Source of the DNA: Auanema rhodensis
Taxonomy: Eukaryota > Animalia > Nematoda
Direction: 5' to 3'
DNA length: 64,000 bases
Assembly (NCBI GenBank): GCA_964057225.1
Contig: OZ059894.1
Location: forward strand, 7,316,001-7,380,000
The position numbers and the translations under genes were made by a program. The notes below the pieces were generated by a model. The model had not been told where the DNA came from and made no database searches. It saw only the letters and a list, made by a program, of their open reading frames with translations. Below, piece by piece: positions 24,985-39,300 of this stretch. Numbering within the stretch: position 1 is the first letter of the stretch; the number at the start of each line of letters is the position of its first letter.

Positions 24985-26271
24985 ATGGGTTAAAATCGAT
25001 ATTGGAAACTATCATCTGAAACTTAAACTCGAACTTGATCTTAACTTCAAAATGAGATTTTTAAGTTTTTGATTAAACCTAAGCTAGACTTTCAATAATT
25101 ATCCTACTTCTTATCGGGAAAGAAGCAGCAACATCTTCTGGTTAAACTCAGATTTGAAATGTCGTTTTGGCTCCAAAGATCAAATTTCAAAGTAATAATT
25201 TTCAAAGTAATGCTTTCCTTTAGTGAAGGACTATGAGATACTGAATGAACTATTATTTTTTTATTTTTTGACTTCAAAACAAAACCCAAAATCAAAAATA
25301 TTTATTTTTTAAACTTTCATATCATTATTGGAACAGGTTTCGATCAAAGAAGTGCGAAGTTTTTCAGATTATATCAGTTTATTACCATAATTAAATCAAA
25401 ATATGAGTAGCACAATGCTTTCCTGCAAAAAAGATTATTCAAAATCGTTTAAATGCCCCAAATATTTGGTATAAAAGCCATGTCTTTCCGGAAAGTCAGT
25501 TATATCAAGTTGAGATTTCCCCTTTTTTCAAATTACTGTCAATTTTAAATATTACATTGAAGTTTTTATATTTTTTTTGTTTTGTTTAGTTCAATATTCG
25601 AGAAAAATTATAAACTTGTTTTGGATTCATCAGACATATAAATTTCGAATGCTTCCAAAGCCTAAAATATTGAAACTTGCCAATAACTTTATGAGCTTAG
25701 ATACAATCTTAAAAGTAACCTTTATTCAAAAATTACTTCTGGTATTCTAGATGAAATAAGTACTATATTGCTGTTTTAATTGATTTTAGTATCCGTTTTC
25801 GACACTTTCAAATACTTTGTGAAAAGTTTATGAAGAACATTTAAGTAGAACAAACACTGAATGAACTTTCATTGATCTTACAGTGATTTTTCATACTTAT
25901 AAACATGGAATGACCTTAGTTATTACTAAAAGTATATAAAGAATTTTATTGTGACCAGGCAATCATACTTGTTTGAGACAGTTAGGAATATTCGTCATAT
26001 TTCAAACAATATTATCTTGTCTCACTGGTTATCTCCCGGTATTATGTTTCGCAATTCTACATTTGCTGTTTAAACCTCTGAATCACTATTTCTATCATAC
26101 TCTGATGTTTTTTCCAAAATACTGTGCTACTTAGGTTAATTTAGTTTCTCTGACTAGACTGAACCAAGTTTTAAAAAAAAAATGTTTTATTAAACTTTTT
26201 ATGTCCTTGTACCTATGATCATTCTATATAAAAGTTCTAACCAACATCTATTCAGATTTAAACCAATTAAG

Positions 26272-27301
26272 ATGTCTGTTCTTCGTTTGGTAAGATTATC
26301 TTTCAATTTCTAAACAATGATTTTCATTCTCAGATTATTGCTCTTGCAATTCTTGCTGTAACTATCGAAGCTGGTGTGAACTACCCAGTTAGAGAAGCTA
26401 GAAACAGTCCAGTTAAACCACGTCAGTTTCATCTTCATTTATCTTGAAATAGCATCAAGTTCAGAATGTGGTGAGAATGAGGAATACACGAATTGTGGAA
26501 CTGCTTGTGAGCCCAAGTGTGGTGATCCAGAATTCGTATGACATCCACAATGAATTTTCTCTAAAAACCAATTTTTTCAAGATGCCATGCACTCGACAGT
26601 GTATTCTTAATGTTTGCCAATGTATCAACGGACATGCTAGAAACAGCCAAGGAATTTGTATTCCCAAAGACCAATGCGGAAACAGTCCAGTTAAACCACG
26701 TCAGTTTCATCTTCATTTATCTTGAAATAGCATCAAGTTCAGAATGTGGTGAGAATGAGGAATACACGAATTGTGGAACTGCTTGTGAGCCCAAGTGTGG
26801 TGATCCAGAATTCGTATGACATCCACAATGAATTTTCTCTAAAAACCAATTTTTTCAAGATGCCATGCACTCGACAGTGTATTCTTAATGTTTGCCAATG
26901 TATCAACGGACATGCTAGAAACAGCCAAGGAATTTGTATTCCCAAAGACCAATGCGGTAAAGGTGCATAGTTTTTCCACGAAACATCTGTAACTTTTTAT
27001 TTCTATTTGGATGAAAAAGAGAATCAGTAGCGTTTCTATAATAGTCTCATAAACAAAGAAACTGAGTTAGAAGAGAGTTTTAAAACATAGCTGAAACCAT
27101 AAAAAAATCTGTGAAAAGGCGCTCAATCGTTACTAGCCTTCCTATAAAATTTGAGTTTATGAAACAAAGCCATGCACTAGGAATACTTGTCATATGAACA
27201 ACGTTCACCAGCTAATTTATTTTACTACACAATTCAATACAAAATACGGTATATAGACTATTTTTTTTATAGAAACATCAGCAAGTGGCAAAAATCATTA
27301 A
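26272..27301 (+). CDS. Secreted two-TIL-domain protease inhibitor, type C (both loops C-T-R-Q-C), lacking the 6-Cys tail
   Basis: Type-A promoter and exons 1-2, then an exact 278-bp duplication (26401-26678 / 26679-26956) giving two identical TIL domains in frame. Proposed last exon 27273-27301 (ETSASGKNH*) followed by the family 3'UTR; unspliced read-through would stop at 26970. Confidence 0.85.
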
Positions 27302-27853
27302 GATGCACATCTTTACATCTTCATGTTCATCCACATGTACTCATATTGACATGTCTATAACCTTTTTTTTTCATGTTTGTATTTACATCGATTGAAAAAC
27401 AAAATATACAATAAATATTGAAAAAATACGTTTTTTCTCTCACTCTTTCTTACTCTCTCTCTCTCTGTCTATTAACCTAACTATGGATCAGTCCAATTCA
27501 GGTTGGAAACTATTAGGCAGGTTTTCGTTCGCCAATCACCCATGTGTCAGCTCGTCTGATAACCATGAGATAATAAATCAGAAATGTTTTTGATAAAAAC
27601 TTAGATGGCTTTATTCTATTTCGACACGTAGAATAACCTTTTGATCATAAAGACAAAATTGTAAAGTATTCGACGTAACACTACACCGATTTCTGGTTAG
27701 AACAAAGTTGGAGTAACAATGTTGGTTATTTCTCTCCTCAAATGAATGAGATCAAACTTCACCATCTGGTTGAACTCAAGTTGAAGATCCAAGTATGGAT
27801 CCAAGTGTCCTGGAATTCAGATGATTAGGGATTTGAATAGAAACCGTTTAAGC

Positions 27854-27925
27854 GTTTGTATAGCTTAGTGGTAGAGTATTCGATTGCAGATCGGAAAGTC
27901 CGGGGGTCAAATCCTCTTATATAAT
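27854..27925 (+). pseudogene. Degenerate tRNA-Cys(GCA)-like sequence
   Basis: 72-nt cloverleaf layout: TAGCTTAGTGGTAGAGT (A box/D arm), TTCGA-TTGCAGA-TCGGA (anticodon arm, GCA) and CGGGG-GTCAAAT-CCTCT (T arm with TTC>GTC). The acceptor stem has two mismatches. Confidence 0.8.
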
Positions 27926-28502
27926 ATAGCCTGGATGATTGTACAACTCGGGAATACGTAGAATACAGAAGAAACTCTCGTCGGGTCCGATGTTCGAATT
28001 CGGATTTGACTCAATTCAAAGTACCGATCATATCCTACCACCCCTGAGATGTGTGCGTTGTGATCAGGCTGCAACAATTTGAGCATAAGTCATTTTTGGT
28101 TGATGGTAGGAAAGTCGACTTCAATTGAGACTCGCTGGTTCAACTTCGCGTGGGTCCTTTCTTTTAGGAATGACTGCACAACTCGGAAACAGATGAAGCG
28201 TCAACTTCGGCTGCAAGGCTGCATCGGAATGAATTGTTATTGACCATTTTCAATCAAAGATATCGTAAAAAACCCACGTTTGATTTTGCTGAGTTGGCAA
28301 ACAATCCAGTACACAGCTTCCAGACAAGGAAGTTTCGTTTCCAGACTATATCTGATTTATCAGGTAAATTAAAGAGAGGAAAGAGTAATAAACAATATTT
28401 TTCCATTAAAAAGTAATTGAAATCGGTACTAAACTCTTTGATTAGACTGACTTTTCATATAAAAGCTCTGACCAACATCAGTTCAAACTCAACGAAATCA
28501 AG

Positions 28503-29197
28503 ATGTCTGCTCTTCGTTTGGTAAGCTTATTTGTGAATTTTTAAGAAATAATTTTCATTCTCAGATTATTGCTGTTGCAATTCTTGCTGTAACTATCGAA
28601 GCTGGAGTGAACTACCCAGCTCACAGAGCTAGAAACAGTCCACCTAGACCCCGTCAGTTTCAACTTCACTTATCATAACTTCAAATTCCTGTTGCTTTAG
28701 AATGTGGAATCAACGAGGAATACACGGAGTGTGGAAGTGCTTGTGAGCCCAAGTGTGGCGATCCAGAAGTTGTATGACATTCTCAATGAATATCCTATCG
28801 AAACTAAATTGTTTTAAGGTACTATGCACTCTTCAATGCATCATTGGTGTCTGTCAGTGCATTCCTGGACATTCAAGAAACAGCCAAGGAATCTGTATTC
28901 CAGATGAAGAATGTAACAACGGTGAGCAATCTGATCTTGCTAAAGACATGGTTGATCTGAAAAAAATTGAAAAACTTATAATCAAATCCTGAAATGCTGT
29001 TATTTCAGATCTTCCAGATTATTCCTACGATATAGAATGTGACAAACCATGTCCAAGAACCCATGTATGCCAATTTATGGAAGATTGCAGCCAAGGATAT
29101 TGCGAAAATGTTCCTGTATGTGCCCCTTACATGGTTAGTATATCAGAAGATATTTGAATTCGTTTAATTCTGATTTATGTTTTAGCCATATCAGTAA
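28503..29197 (+). CDS. Secreted TIL inhibitor, type B copy 5 (diverged; loop V-L-C-T-L-Q-C)
   Basis: Same six-exon structure. TIL CGINEEYTECGSACEPKCGDPEVVLCTLQCIIGVCQCIPGHSRNSQGICIPDEEC; acidic tail as in B4. Confidence 0.9.
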
Positions 29198-32100
29198 CTG
29201 GCGATAATCAATCCACATCCACATCCACATGTACTCAGATCGACATGTCTATAACCTTTTTTGTTTTTTCATGTTTGTATTTACATCGATTGAAAAACAA
29301 AATATACAATAAATTTTTTTTTTTGAATGAATCTACTTCTTTTTGAGAAAGAAAGTATATAGCAACACCTTCTTCTTAAACTCAGATTTGAAATATCGTC
29401 ATCCTGCATTTTATAGATGAGCGAGAATCAAGCTTCATCTTCTGGTTGGTCTCCCGCTAATCGACTCCAAAAAATTGTATGTTGGTGATCTGATTGATTC
29501 TATTTCGTTTGATCAATCATATTTCGGATAACTTAGCCTAAATTGAAGTTTTATTCATATGTGAACAGAAAGCGTGATATAGTAATAATTAGTCTATAAT
29601 TCATATGGAGATTGAAAGCCCATTGGTCGATAAAGCTTTATCATTAAACTCATACGCAATAACAGAAAATATTTTTTGTAAAACAAAATCATTTTATTAG
29701 GAATTTGTTCCTTTCACTTCTAGTAATATTCCACAATTTTTCAGTAAAAAAAATATTTTTTCATGTGGCGTTCTGGCAAAGCTTAAAGTTAAATTATAAT
29801 GAAAGGTTGTTGTTGATATTATTGTTTATTTATTGGCATATACATAGTTATTACGTTAAATATAAAATATTCCTCATTCATGTGAATGAATAGTATGTGC
29901 TTTGCTGAGTATAATGGCTGAAAAGTGTTTCTAATGTATTTTTTAATTTTTAAAAAGTAATTGAAAATTCATTAAGAATGGATTAAAATGAAATATATTT
30001 GTTTTTCATCTTTTTAATCTGAAGTAATTATTTGAAAGTTTTTTTGCTTTTATTCCAAAATTACACATAGATGTGTAGATTTATTATTTTTTTCAAATTT
30101 TGAAAGTTTTTTTGGAGTCATTACAGCCGGAATTCAGAGAAACGCTTTTAATAACGTAAAATATTATACAAAAATCTTTGCAATTTTGGAAAAAAAGAAC
30201 TAATGTTTGAGCAGTAAAGTTCTGACCTCATCAGCTTCATAATTGCTTATTAAATGAATAAATTGTAATATATTTCTAATAATAATGAATGTATTCAAAT
30301 AGCATTAGTGAATGATCAAGAAGCATGTTAATAAATCAAAAAGTTTGGTTACTGACTCATAGTTCTCAGACTGATATATGTTCATATATATGAAATCTAA
30401 AACTTGATTTTCATGTAATGAACTTGTGCATATTAACTATAAAAAAATTTATTTAGTTAAATATACATTTATGTAGATAAAATTTCTCTTTAAATCTTTC
30501 ATAAACGTTTAATTTTTCTTTTTTTTTCTTTTTTTTCTGAAATCATTTCTGATTTTTAATTTATTATCACATTTATTTATTTTTCCTAATAATAATTAAA
30601 TAATTAATTTTCTCTTATATATTCATTGAAAAAAAGAAAGAAATCGAAAGAGTTTCTTATTCAATTCACTTAAAAAAACATTCTGTGATATACACAATTT
30701 CTTTTTTTTTGGTAAAGTTTGAATTAAAGCTTTATTGAGTTAAACCTAAAAGTTTCTTTCTAATCAAATTTCGTTGAACAATTTCAATGTAATAGTATAC
30801 AAAGAATTAGAAAAATAATTTTTTTCATTATCAGTATTTTAAGTTTATTTGATCGGAACTTTTAAGAGAAAAATAAGTTCATTGTTCAAATTGGGTTCAA
30901 CATTTTTTGAATGAAAAGTATAATTGTCGCATTTCATGAGCAAAATACTCACATATATCTAGTAAGCATAAAATAATGATTAATTGAATTTAGGTGAAAT
31001 GGAGCAAGATGTTCTTATAGAAATCAAGTAATTGTTTGAAATATTTAATTTTTATTGAAAACTTGCAAGAGTTACTTGGAAATAAATTTTTTTATTCGTG
31101 AAGCATTACGTGGGTCACGATCATTCACTCCCCCAACCTCCGAAATGTTGTAACTCTCATTTATTAATCTTAAGTTGCAACCAACTTTATTAAGCGTACA
31201 CCACAGCTTACTTTCATGAATATATTTATATTTTTAATATCTTAATGAATAGAAATATCACATCTAGTATCAATCTCATTTAAGCTTTTCATCAGTAATC
31301 ATCTTCTGAAGGGTGATGAACAATTTAAAGTTTGCTTCAATTTATATTCCTGTTTAAATTACTCGAAAGTCAATCTTCTTATAGAGTAGCCGGGAAAAAA
31401 GTTTAAGAAGCCTATAAAAAACCTTTGAATAGCTAAAATCATGAACAAAAGAGTCGAAGTAACTTTCTGAATTTTTTCTTTTATAATACTCACACGTTCT
31501 CACTTTTCTTTTATTCTTTCATATGTTCTTCATATATATTTCTTTGATTTTACTAAACGTTTCCAATTCGTTGTCAAAAAATTTTACTTGTAGATTTTTG
31601 CTTCTATTCTGAAGAATGGATATGACAACTTGTCAGAATTTTGAAAGTAATCACGTCATATCTTAAGATATTGGTACATACTTTTATTTTATTCTCGTTA
31701 TACTTGTTATTTTTATTGTTATTTGTATTAAAGAATCTGAAATATTATTATATAGTTTAAAGCATATTCTTAGCAAATAGTTAGAGCATATACCTTTTTT
31801 ATTCATCGTTATTTATACCTTTTCTTCCGGATTTCTATTCCTCTTTATCTATGTATAAATTTTCATTTTTGCATTCTATCTTAATCTTTAATAATAATTC
31901 TTTATAATATTCTAGCTTCGTCTTCATAATCTCTTTCAGCTAAGTTCTCTTTACCACTTTATGTATACCCTCATTTCTTTTTTCTTTCCGCTTACACTAT
32001 CGCTACTCTCATATTCTCGTGGTCTCTTTAACTTCAACTTCCCGCCTACTCCTATCTTTTTTGGTCTCATGCCTAGCATAATACGGTTGAAAGCATAGTT

Positions 32101-35100
32101 ATAGTAAATTTGATCATTCAATTGTCTCTAAACTTCATACAAATATTTCATTTTAAATCTTGTTTCACTGAGTTCAGTCTAACAATCTGAATTTCATAGC
32201 TTTGAAAACATATAAAGCGTATAAGCCTAAGATGGGAAATCTTAGAATTAAAGATAATCAAATTTTCGAAATTACTAAAGATTGGCTCTATTCACGACCT
32301 TCACTCATATAGTTTCAACTATAATTTCAAATAATATATATTTCCTTTATAGCTCATTAATTTTCTATTTTCACTTCTCTAGTCATTATAGCAGATACTG
32401 CTCTACTTTTTTTGTTTTTCGCACCTCCTTTTTCGCGGAGAAAACCTTTTTTCATAACATGTTTCGTTGGAAATTCTTCTTTTATAGGTATGGGATGGAA
32501 ATAGGATAATTATTCTGATTTTCATGGTTTTATAATGTTTTATATAGTATTGATTTCTTACTCTTCATATCGAAAAAAAATTAAATGAATTAAAACTGGC
32601 TACTTGGCAACTTCCTCGTTCATTCAAATCTCTTTTTTTAAAATGAAAATGAAATAATATTTCTTTTCAAGCTGTTGCTATATTTATTTCTTTTTGTTCA
32701 TAGTATTGTATAACAAACAGATATAATCTATAATTATAATAATATAATTTTAAATCTGAATATATTCCATTTCTTCATTGTTGTACTCTCATACTCTTTT
32801 CTATTTTACATATACATATATCTTCCGCTTTCTATTGAATACATAGTTAATGTAAAAAAAACAAATATTTTTATTTTCAAAAACTAATGTAAGTAAGAAA
32901 AAAGAAGAAAATATTGAAATTTACTCTGTAATGTACTTTTTTTTTTGATTTTGTTCTATTTTAGTTGTTTTCACTCAATCACAAACTTCAAATTATAAAT
33001 AGTCTTTGAAGATATGATTTTAGAGTTTTGATTTTTATCCAAATTGCGTCATTAGTTGGTATAATTCTTGCTCTTTTTCCAAAAAATAAAAAATAAAACA
33101 TCAAATTGGTTTATGAACTCGTCCAGTTAAACTAATGAACAGTTTCATGTAATAGTTTTGTTTCTTCCTGTCTGAATCCGCTCAGGATTTTCAAAATTTC
33201 ATGCGTATATGCGAAGCATTTGTAGTTGTGCAACCTAATCTTAAGACGAATTAAAAACTGTTCTTGCAAATAGTTTTTTATTCTATCCTACTACTTTTGC
33301 CTATCCTTGTTCATGTGCATATATATTAACCAAGAATAGTCTGAATTCTTCTAGCTTTCCATTTCCTAATGAAGTTATTGCTAACCCAGATAATAGCCAG
33401 CTTAGTTCTTCTACTATCTCCTATCCACCTTATATCTCTCAAATGTTTCATCTCTTCTACGTGCCAGTTACCTCACAAGGAATTTCCTCCATCGTTTTCC
33501 TTTTATTCTATCTTACTTGTTTTTTTCCTTTCTTTCCCTTTTACTGAATATCCCTCAAATTCTTAAACTTTTTGTTCTCTTCAATCTTCGTAGACTATCT
33601 TTCTTTGAAACATGGCCAACTTTGTCTGGGAAAGACAAGCTCATGATTAAATAGTCAGGCGAGCGTCTGTTCTTGAAAACTCTATCATTTTCTCTTGACC
33701 AAACTTGACCAAATAAGGAACTAAAACGTTTTCTGTTCTTATGAGCCCAGCTGTAATCATTCCCTTTAATATGTCAGCCGCACGTTTTGATGTTGCTAAT
33801 TTAAGTTCTACACTTCTTCAATAGGACTGGAATATGTGATGAAAGATAGTATATTCACTTTTTCTGGCTGTTTGGCCGCCGGGAGGGGGTGGTGGGCAAC
33901 AATAAAGGTCAGAACAACGTCATTGAGGCTTACAAATGTTTGTGTCATCTCTTTTTTCAAGCCCTTCAACGAGTTATATCGAATACATTCTGATTATTTT
34001 TAATTTCAATTTTGTGTTTCAAAGACGAATAACTGAATAAGATGATACTGACCACAAAAAGCAGATTCTAATCTTTGTGTGCTAAAGAAAAACAAAACTC
34101 TTTCCTGTTAAGTTTTTTCCTATGAAATTATATTTTCTAAATTGTTCTTATAATTCTCATTATATGTATACTACTCTCCCTGACTCATTATTAACTTCTG
34201 GTATTTTGTGTGCAACATATTGCCATCTTACGGAGTATGCTATTTGTCTTCCAATTATGTCATCTTAATATTTTTCTTTTGTTTTCTTCCTGCCTTTACT
34301 ATTTTTCTGCATAATTTTCATTTTTATACTCAACTTACTCAACGAGTTTTGCAGTTTGATTTCTGCTTATACTTGTCTACTTGACAACTGATTCAAAGCT
34401 TATGACTGACTTTTTAGCATAATTCAGTTTCCAACACGAATTCTTCTCAAATTACAACAAATCAAAAATGGCAGAGAATTATTTTAACTTTATCTCCTGG
34501 AAGAAAATAAACATACATATTATCTTCTACCCTTTCTCCTCTAATAGAAAAAAACAATAAATTAGTTCTTTGAAATTCAAGAATCTACTTGATTTTCCTT
34601 TCTTCACTCCCACTCATTACTTGCTCATATTTACTTTCAGATTGTTTTGTTTTTCTTTTTAAATCCCCCCCCCCTTTCAACCATCGTACATCACTACTAA
34701 CAGTCTGTAAAAAACAAATGTTTAATCAATTTAGATTTAATACATTTTTCTTCAAACTCAAGAATTATTCCTTATTTTTCAGATGTTTTATTTATATAAT
34801 TCACACGCTAATTCATTTATTTAACTTATCTGAAGTATTAGTATCAAGTAAGCTGATAAGCTGTTTGGTGTTTTGCTTTTTATATAGTTTTTGGTTGTCC
34901 TATATGGTTGTTTCTATTTTCTTTCTGAAACTTTTCTTTCCATATTACACTCTCATATTCAGTATTTTCTTTGTTAATAAATTTTTGTGCCATACTCCCG
35001 TCATCCAATCGGTTCCCCTTCATTCTCAACAAATTTAATTCTATATGATATCTAATTAAAATATTTTATTATATAAATATAAAACTTAAATCATATGGTC

Positions 35101-36393
35101 TTTCTGAACTTCTTCGGTTTCCGAGATTTCCTAGTGGTGACCTTCTAACACCAAACCCCGCCTTCTTTTGGATCTCTCATTGCATGGGAAATTCAGATCC
35201 ATGTGTGTCTCTCCTCATCTGCTCACCTCCCACATTCAACTTGAAGCTCAGACAAGCTTTCTATTTGAAATCCTCTTTTTATTTTAGAATTAAGCACAAA
35301 CGAATGTTATATTTTAAGTTCACTTTGAATGTATATTACTTAATTTTATTTTTGTGTTTTTGGGACATGAAAACATTTGATTGTCTCTCTTGTGCTGTAT
35401 TGAATCACCGCTCTAACTCTGAATTTGTTTTGCCTGTTCATATGCCGTGTGTTTCAAATCTTATACGGAACATTATGCCATTTCTTCTTCAGTTTTCATT
35501 TTCAAAAGCAGTTACACTGTTATTTCCGTTTTTCCTTCTACGTTTACTTCTCACCATTTTGTGGTTTTAAAGTACAAGAAATAGAGACTGCTTTTGTTTC
35601 TTCCTATTTTCTCTACTTTGATACATCTAACATCTTTAACTTCTTGTGGATGTTTTTTTCATTTTAATTATTCATCACAATATCATCTCATATCCATCTA
35701 AGCGTGTAAGAAACTCTTTATTTCTGATAAATAAGAATCATTTTCATATTTTTCACTTCTGTTCAAGTTTCCGTCCTATAGGGATTATCTAAATTTGTCT
35801 TTATTCTTATCTCTTCCCTCTCCACTGCCATCGCCATTGTCCACCATCGTTTTTTCCGATGAATTATTTTAAGAAATTTTCAAGACACATCCTTCTTCCG
35901 ACTTTGTCATTCTTTCGGCTTTCATTAGTTCATCATCTCATCGTTTTTTTCTTTCTGACATTCACAATACAGCTATCTATCTTCAACATATCACTTTCTC
36001 TGATTTTACCATAATTTTTTCTTTTTCAAAGGAAAAAAAAAGATTTTTTCTTCATCTCAAAGACCATATCTTAAATTTCAAGACTTACTCGTCATCCCTT
36101 CACATACATTTTTCAGCTTACGACATATTTTTAAAGATTATTTTTTACTCAACTTTCACCTATTTTTTCTCCCTTCTCTAGGCCTTCTTCCCTGCCTCCC
36201 ATCAACATGATTAATGCTTACTTCATATAGTTTTATTGCTTCGGTTTTTTTAAAATTACGTTGCTGAACGATTTGAAATTTTTTTTGAAACCTATTTGCA
36301 TTTTTTCCATTTCTTCTACTTGTCGTCTCATATGCAAAAGCTAATCCAATTCAAAGTCACAAAAAAGTTCTTTGCAGTAGAATCTATACCAGT

Positions 36394-39300
36394 ATGGAAA
36401 CACACGAAGTACCTCCACCTCCACTCAAATCAATTGATTTGATTAACACGGCTTTACCGTATGCTTTTCTATTTCTCGTTGGAACGATTGGAAACACTGC
36501 TGTTCTTAGTTATGTCTTCTTTATTACACGGTCAGTTGTTTTAAAAAAGAAAATCCAAAAAAAAAGATTCATTTGTTTTTAGTCAATCATTTATATATAT
36601 ATATAGTTTTTATTCTTGATAAACAAAATAATTCTTTTTTTTTATTGAAAAAATTACTCATTCATAAATTTAATAACAAATTTTCTTATCTAATCATGCT
36701 ACAGATTATTATTTATTAAAATTATTCACATATTTATCCACTTAAATGAAAGAGGGGGGAGGGGGAGAAATTCTTAAGAAAAGTCGTAGCCTCTAATTCA
36801 TGATAGAAAGAAAAACTAAAAAATTGGACTGACTGAAGAACATCATTCATTGTCTCTTATGGCAAGCAATTTTCATTCTCATAATATCGTGAGTAATCAA
36901 TGGAAAATGAGCTAAAACTCAACCAGCTTGATATTGGATAATGACTGTTCAGCTCAGAACTAGCTCTTCAGCTTCAGCAAAGTCAAAGTAGCTGCAGAAG
37001 TCTGGTAATGATGAATTAAATTGGCTGTCCACAAATGAGAAAAAGCGAGAGATAACGTTGTAAAGATAGAATTAGTTTCAGCATCTTTGATCAGAAACGA
37101 TGTAGATTCATGCTGTATGTTACTAGAAGCAGAAGTAACATTAATACGATTTGTTTCATGCCCTTAGCTTTGAACATTGCTTCTAGAGATGAAGAGATAT
37201 ACCAAGATGATGAATTCTTATTCAATGTTTTCTGCTTCCGGCAGGAAATATGAAGCTGATTAACCATTTCCTCAATTCAAATATTAGTCAATAAATTTAT
37301 GCATTTGATAGAATATATTGCAGAACTTTAAAGATGTAAGTGGAGATATCTGACTCACATTGATATTCATATTCTAAGTCATATGTGAGTATACTCTAGT
37401 ACCCAATAAAAAACATAATTTTTCATGTTGCCACCTCTAAGAAAAAGGTTAAAACTTATAAGGAAAACTATGAATTTGAAAAAAAGTTGTTTTTTAAGCG
37501 TTTAATTCTTGCTTCAAGTAGAGTAAAAAATGTTGACAACATCGAGATAAAGGGAGATAAAGGAAAAATGAGAGAGAGAGGGAGATAGAGAGGAATAGAA
37601 AAGTGTTATCTCCTGTTTTTCAGTAAGAATAACTGCAGGATTAAAAAATGGTGACAAACTGGGTAAAATATGTCAATGACTATTACATATAAGTACCTAA
37701 CATGTACTATTCATGATTTATGATTCGATTTCTGAAAGAGAAATCATTTTTCATGTTATGTTTGGAAAAACACAAAATGAATTATGCGTTGATATGATTT
37801 TTTTGAACATTGAATTCAATTTGTTTTCTATTCTTTATTTTGTATTTTATTGGATCAACTGCTCAAAGCATCAATATTAATATAGGAATTACACTTATTT
37901 TTCGTTGTAACTGAGCATTTGCAACCCATATTTCGTAAAAATTGGATGCATTGGTTCAATTATTTGTAGAAACATATGTAATTTAAATATCGCTATCAAA
38001 TAACATAATCTTTTAGTAAATAATTTATATTTATAAAAGAATGATATAACTTTTTCGTAAAAGATTATTTTTATTTAAAAAAAGATTGAGAGGATTATAA
38101 AGAGTAAACTAAGCTGATCTACGTTCAAGTTATCAACAAAACAGAAAACAAGTTTTTATGAATTAATTTGAAGGATATCTTAATCGGAATCCAACATATA
38201 TATTTTTAGATCGCTTCGATCATCAATATCAGCATTGGGTAATACATTCATCTACATAGTATCATTATCAGCTGTCGATCTGCTGGTCACAATCTCAATA
38301 CCATTTACGTTATCCTCTCTAATTCTAAATAATTGGGTTTTCGGAGAATTGGGTTGCAAGATTCATTGGGCAGTTGAACTCTCTAATAAGGTAAGTATCA
38401 CTTTATTCCTAAAACATTCGTCATTCGTTGACATTTTTTTTGTGAACTCGCTTGCAAAATAGTTCGTTTATCTGTATGTTCGTCATGAGAATAGTCCAAT
38501 TACTTATGAAATGAACTATGAATTTATAACAAAAATTGTTGAATATTACTAAACAAAAAAAGTTATAACGAAGTCATCGTAAAGCAACAAACGTTTTTCA
38601 AAACTTTTTTAGAATGTGATAAAGTTCTATAAGTCAGTACTTAGTAATAGATGAGTCCAGCATCTCTAAAATGAATAAAAGTTTTTGTTAGGACACAAAG
38701 ATAAAATTGAAAAAGACACTTTAAAACTTAAAAATAGCTTGTAATTCTAATTGATTTGAAACATGTTTCAGCTTTGTTCAACATTTTTACTAACAGCATT
38801 GGCCTTTGACAGATACATGGCAATCTGTCATCCTGAGAATAAGAGGGTTTGTTTTTTCGTAGAATATACTTGACCATATATTATATTATTTCTGATTATA
38901 ATCATATAATCTTTATTAATCTGAACGATTGCAGAGAAAATACCGACAAATTGAAATCTGATTTTGATGTTATAACTTTAATCTTAGCATATTTCTATTC
39001 ATTGGATGTGAAATATATTATATTTTTTACTTTCAAAACGAAAGTATGATACAGATTAAATTGAAGATGTATGTAAATGATGAATTTGGAACTGGTACGA
39101 GTGAAGCTTATGTGAATATGAAATGGGGAGGAAGAGAAAGAAAGAGGAATAGATGGGTTAGGCTTGTTGAAGCAATTGTAATTTCTGATGACTTTGGTGA
39201 GAGAAAATATTCAATTCTTGATCTTCACACGACCTATAAAGTAACTTTTCTTAGATTTTTCTATAGGAAATCTCGATAGAGATTGTGCTATAAATGATTT

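Larger units (their letters stand above)
10957..29400 (+). repeat. Tandem segmental array of two-gene TIL units (periods 3334, 3330, 3859, 4064 bp)
   Basis: Near-identical repeats including introns and spacers. A diverged junction sequence (…CTACTTCTT…AGCAACAyCTTCT…AAACTCAGATTTGAAAT) occurs at the left end (~10960-11050), between units and at the right end (~29320-29400). Confidence 0.95.

Noticed and set aside
24676-24993. ORFs encoding RERESE/SLSL repeats
   Set aside because: They are translations of the CT microsatellite.
27165-27200. KPCTRNTCHM-like stretch in the last intron of gene C as a relic of the lost 6-Cys exon
   Set aside because: The similarity is too short and weak, and there are no supporting splice sites.
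29400-36390. F/L/I-rich ORFs in the ~7 kb upstream of the GPCR
   Set aside because: Expected by chance in T-rich DNA; no coherent splice structure. Treated as intergenic or regulatory.
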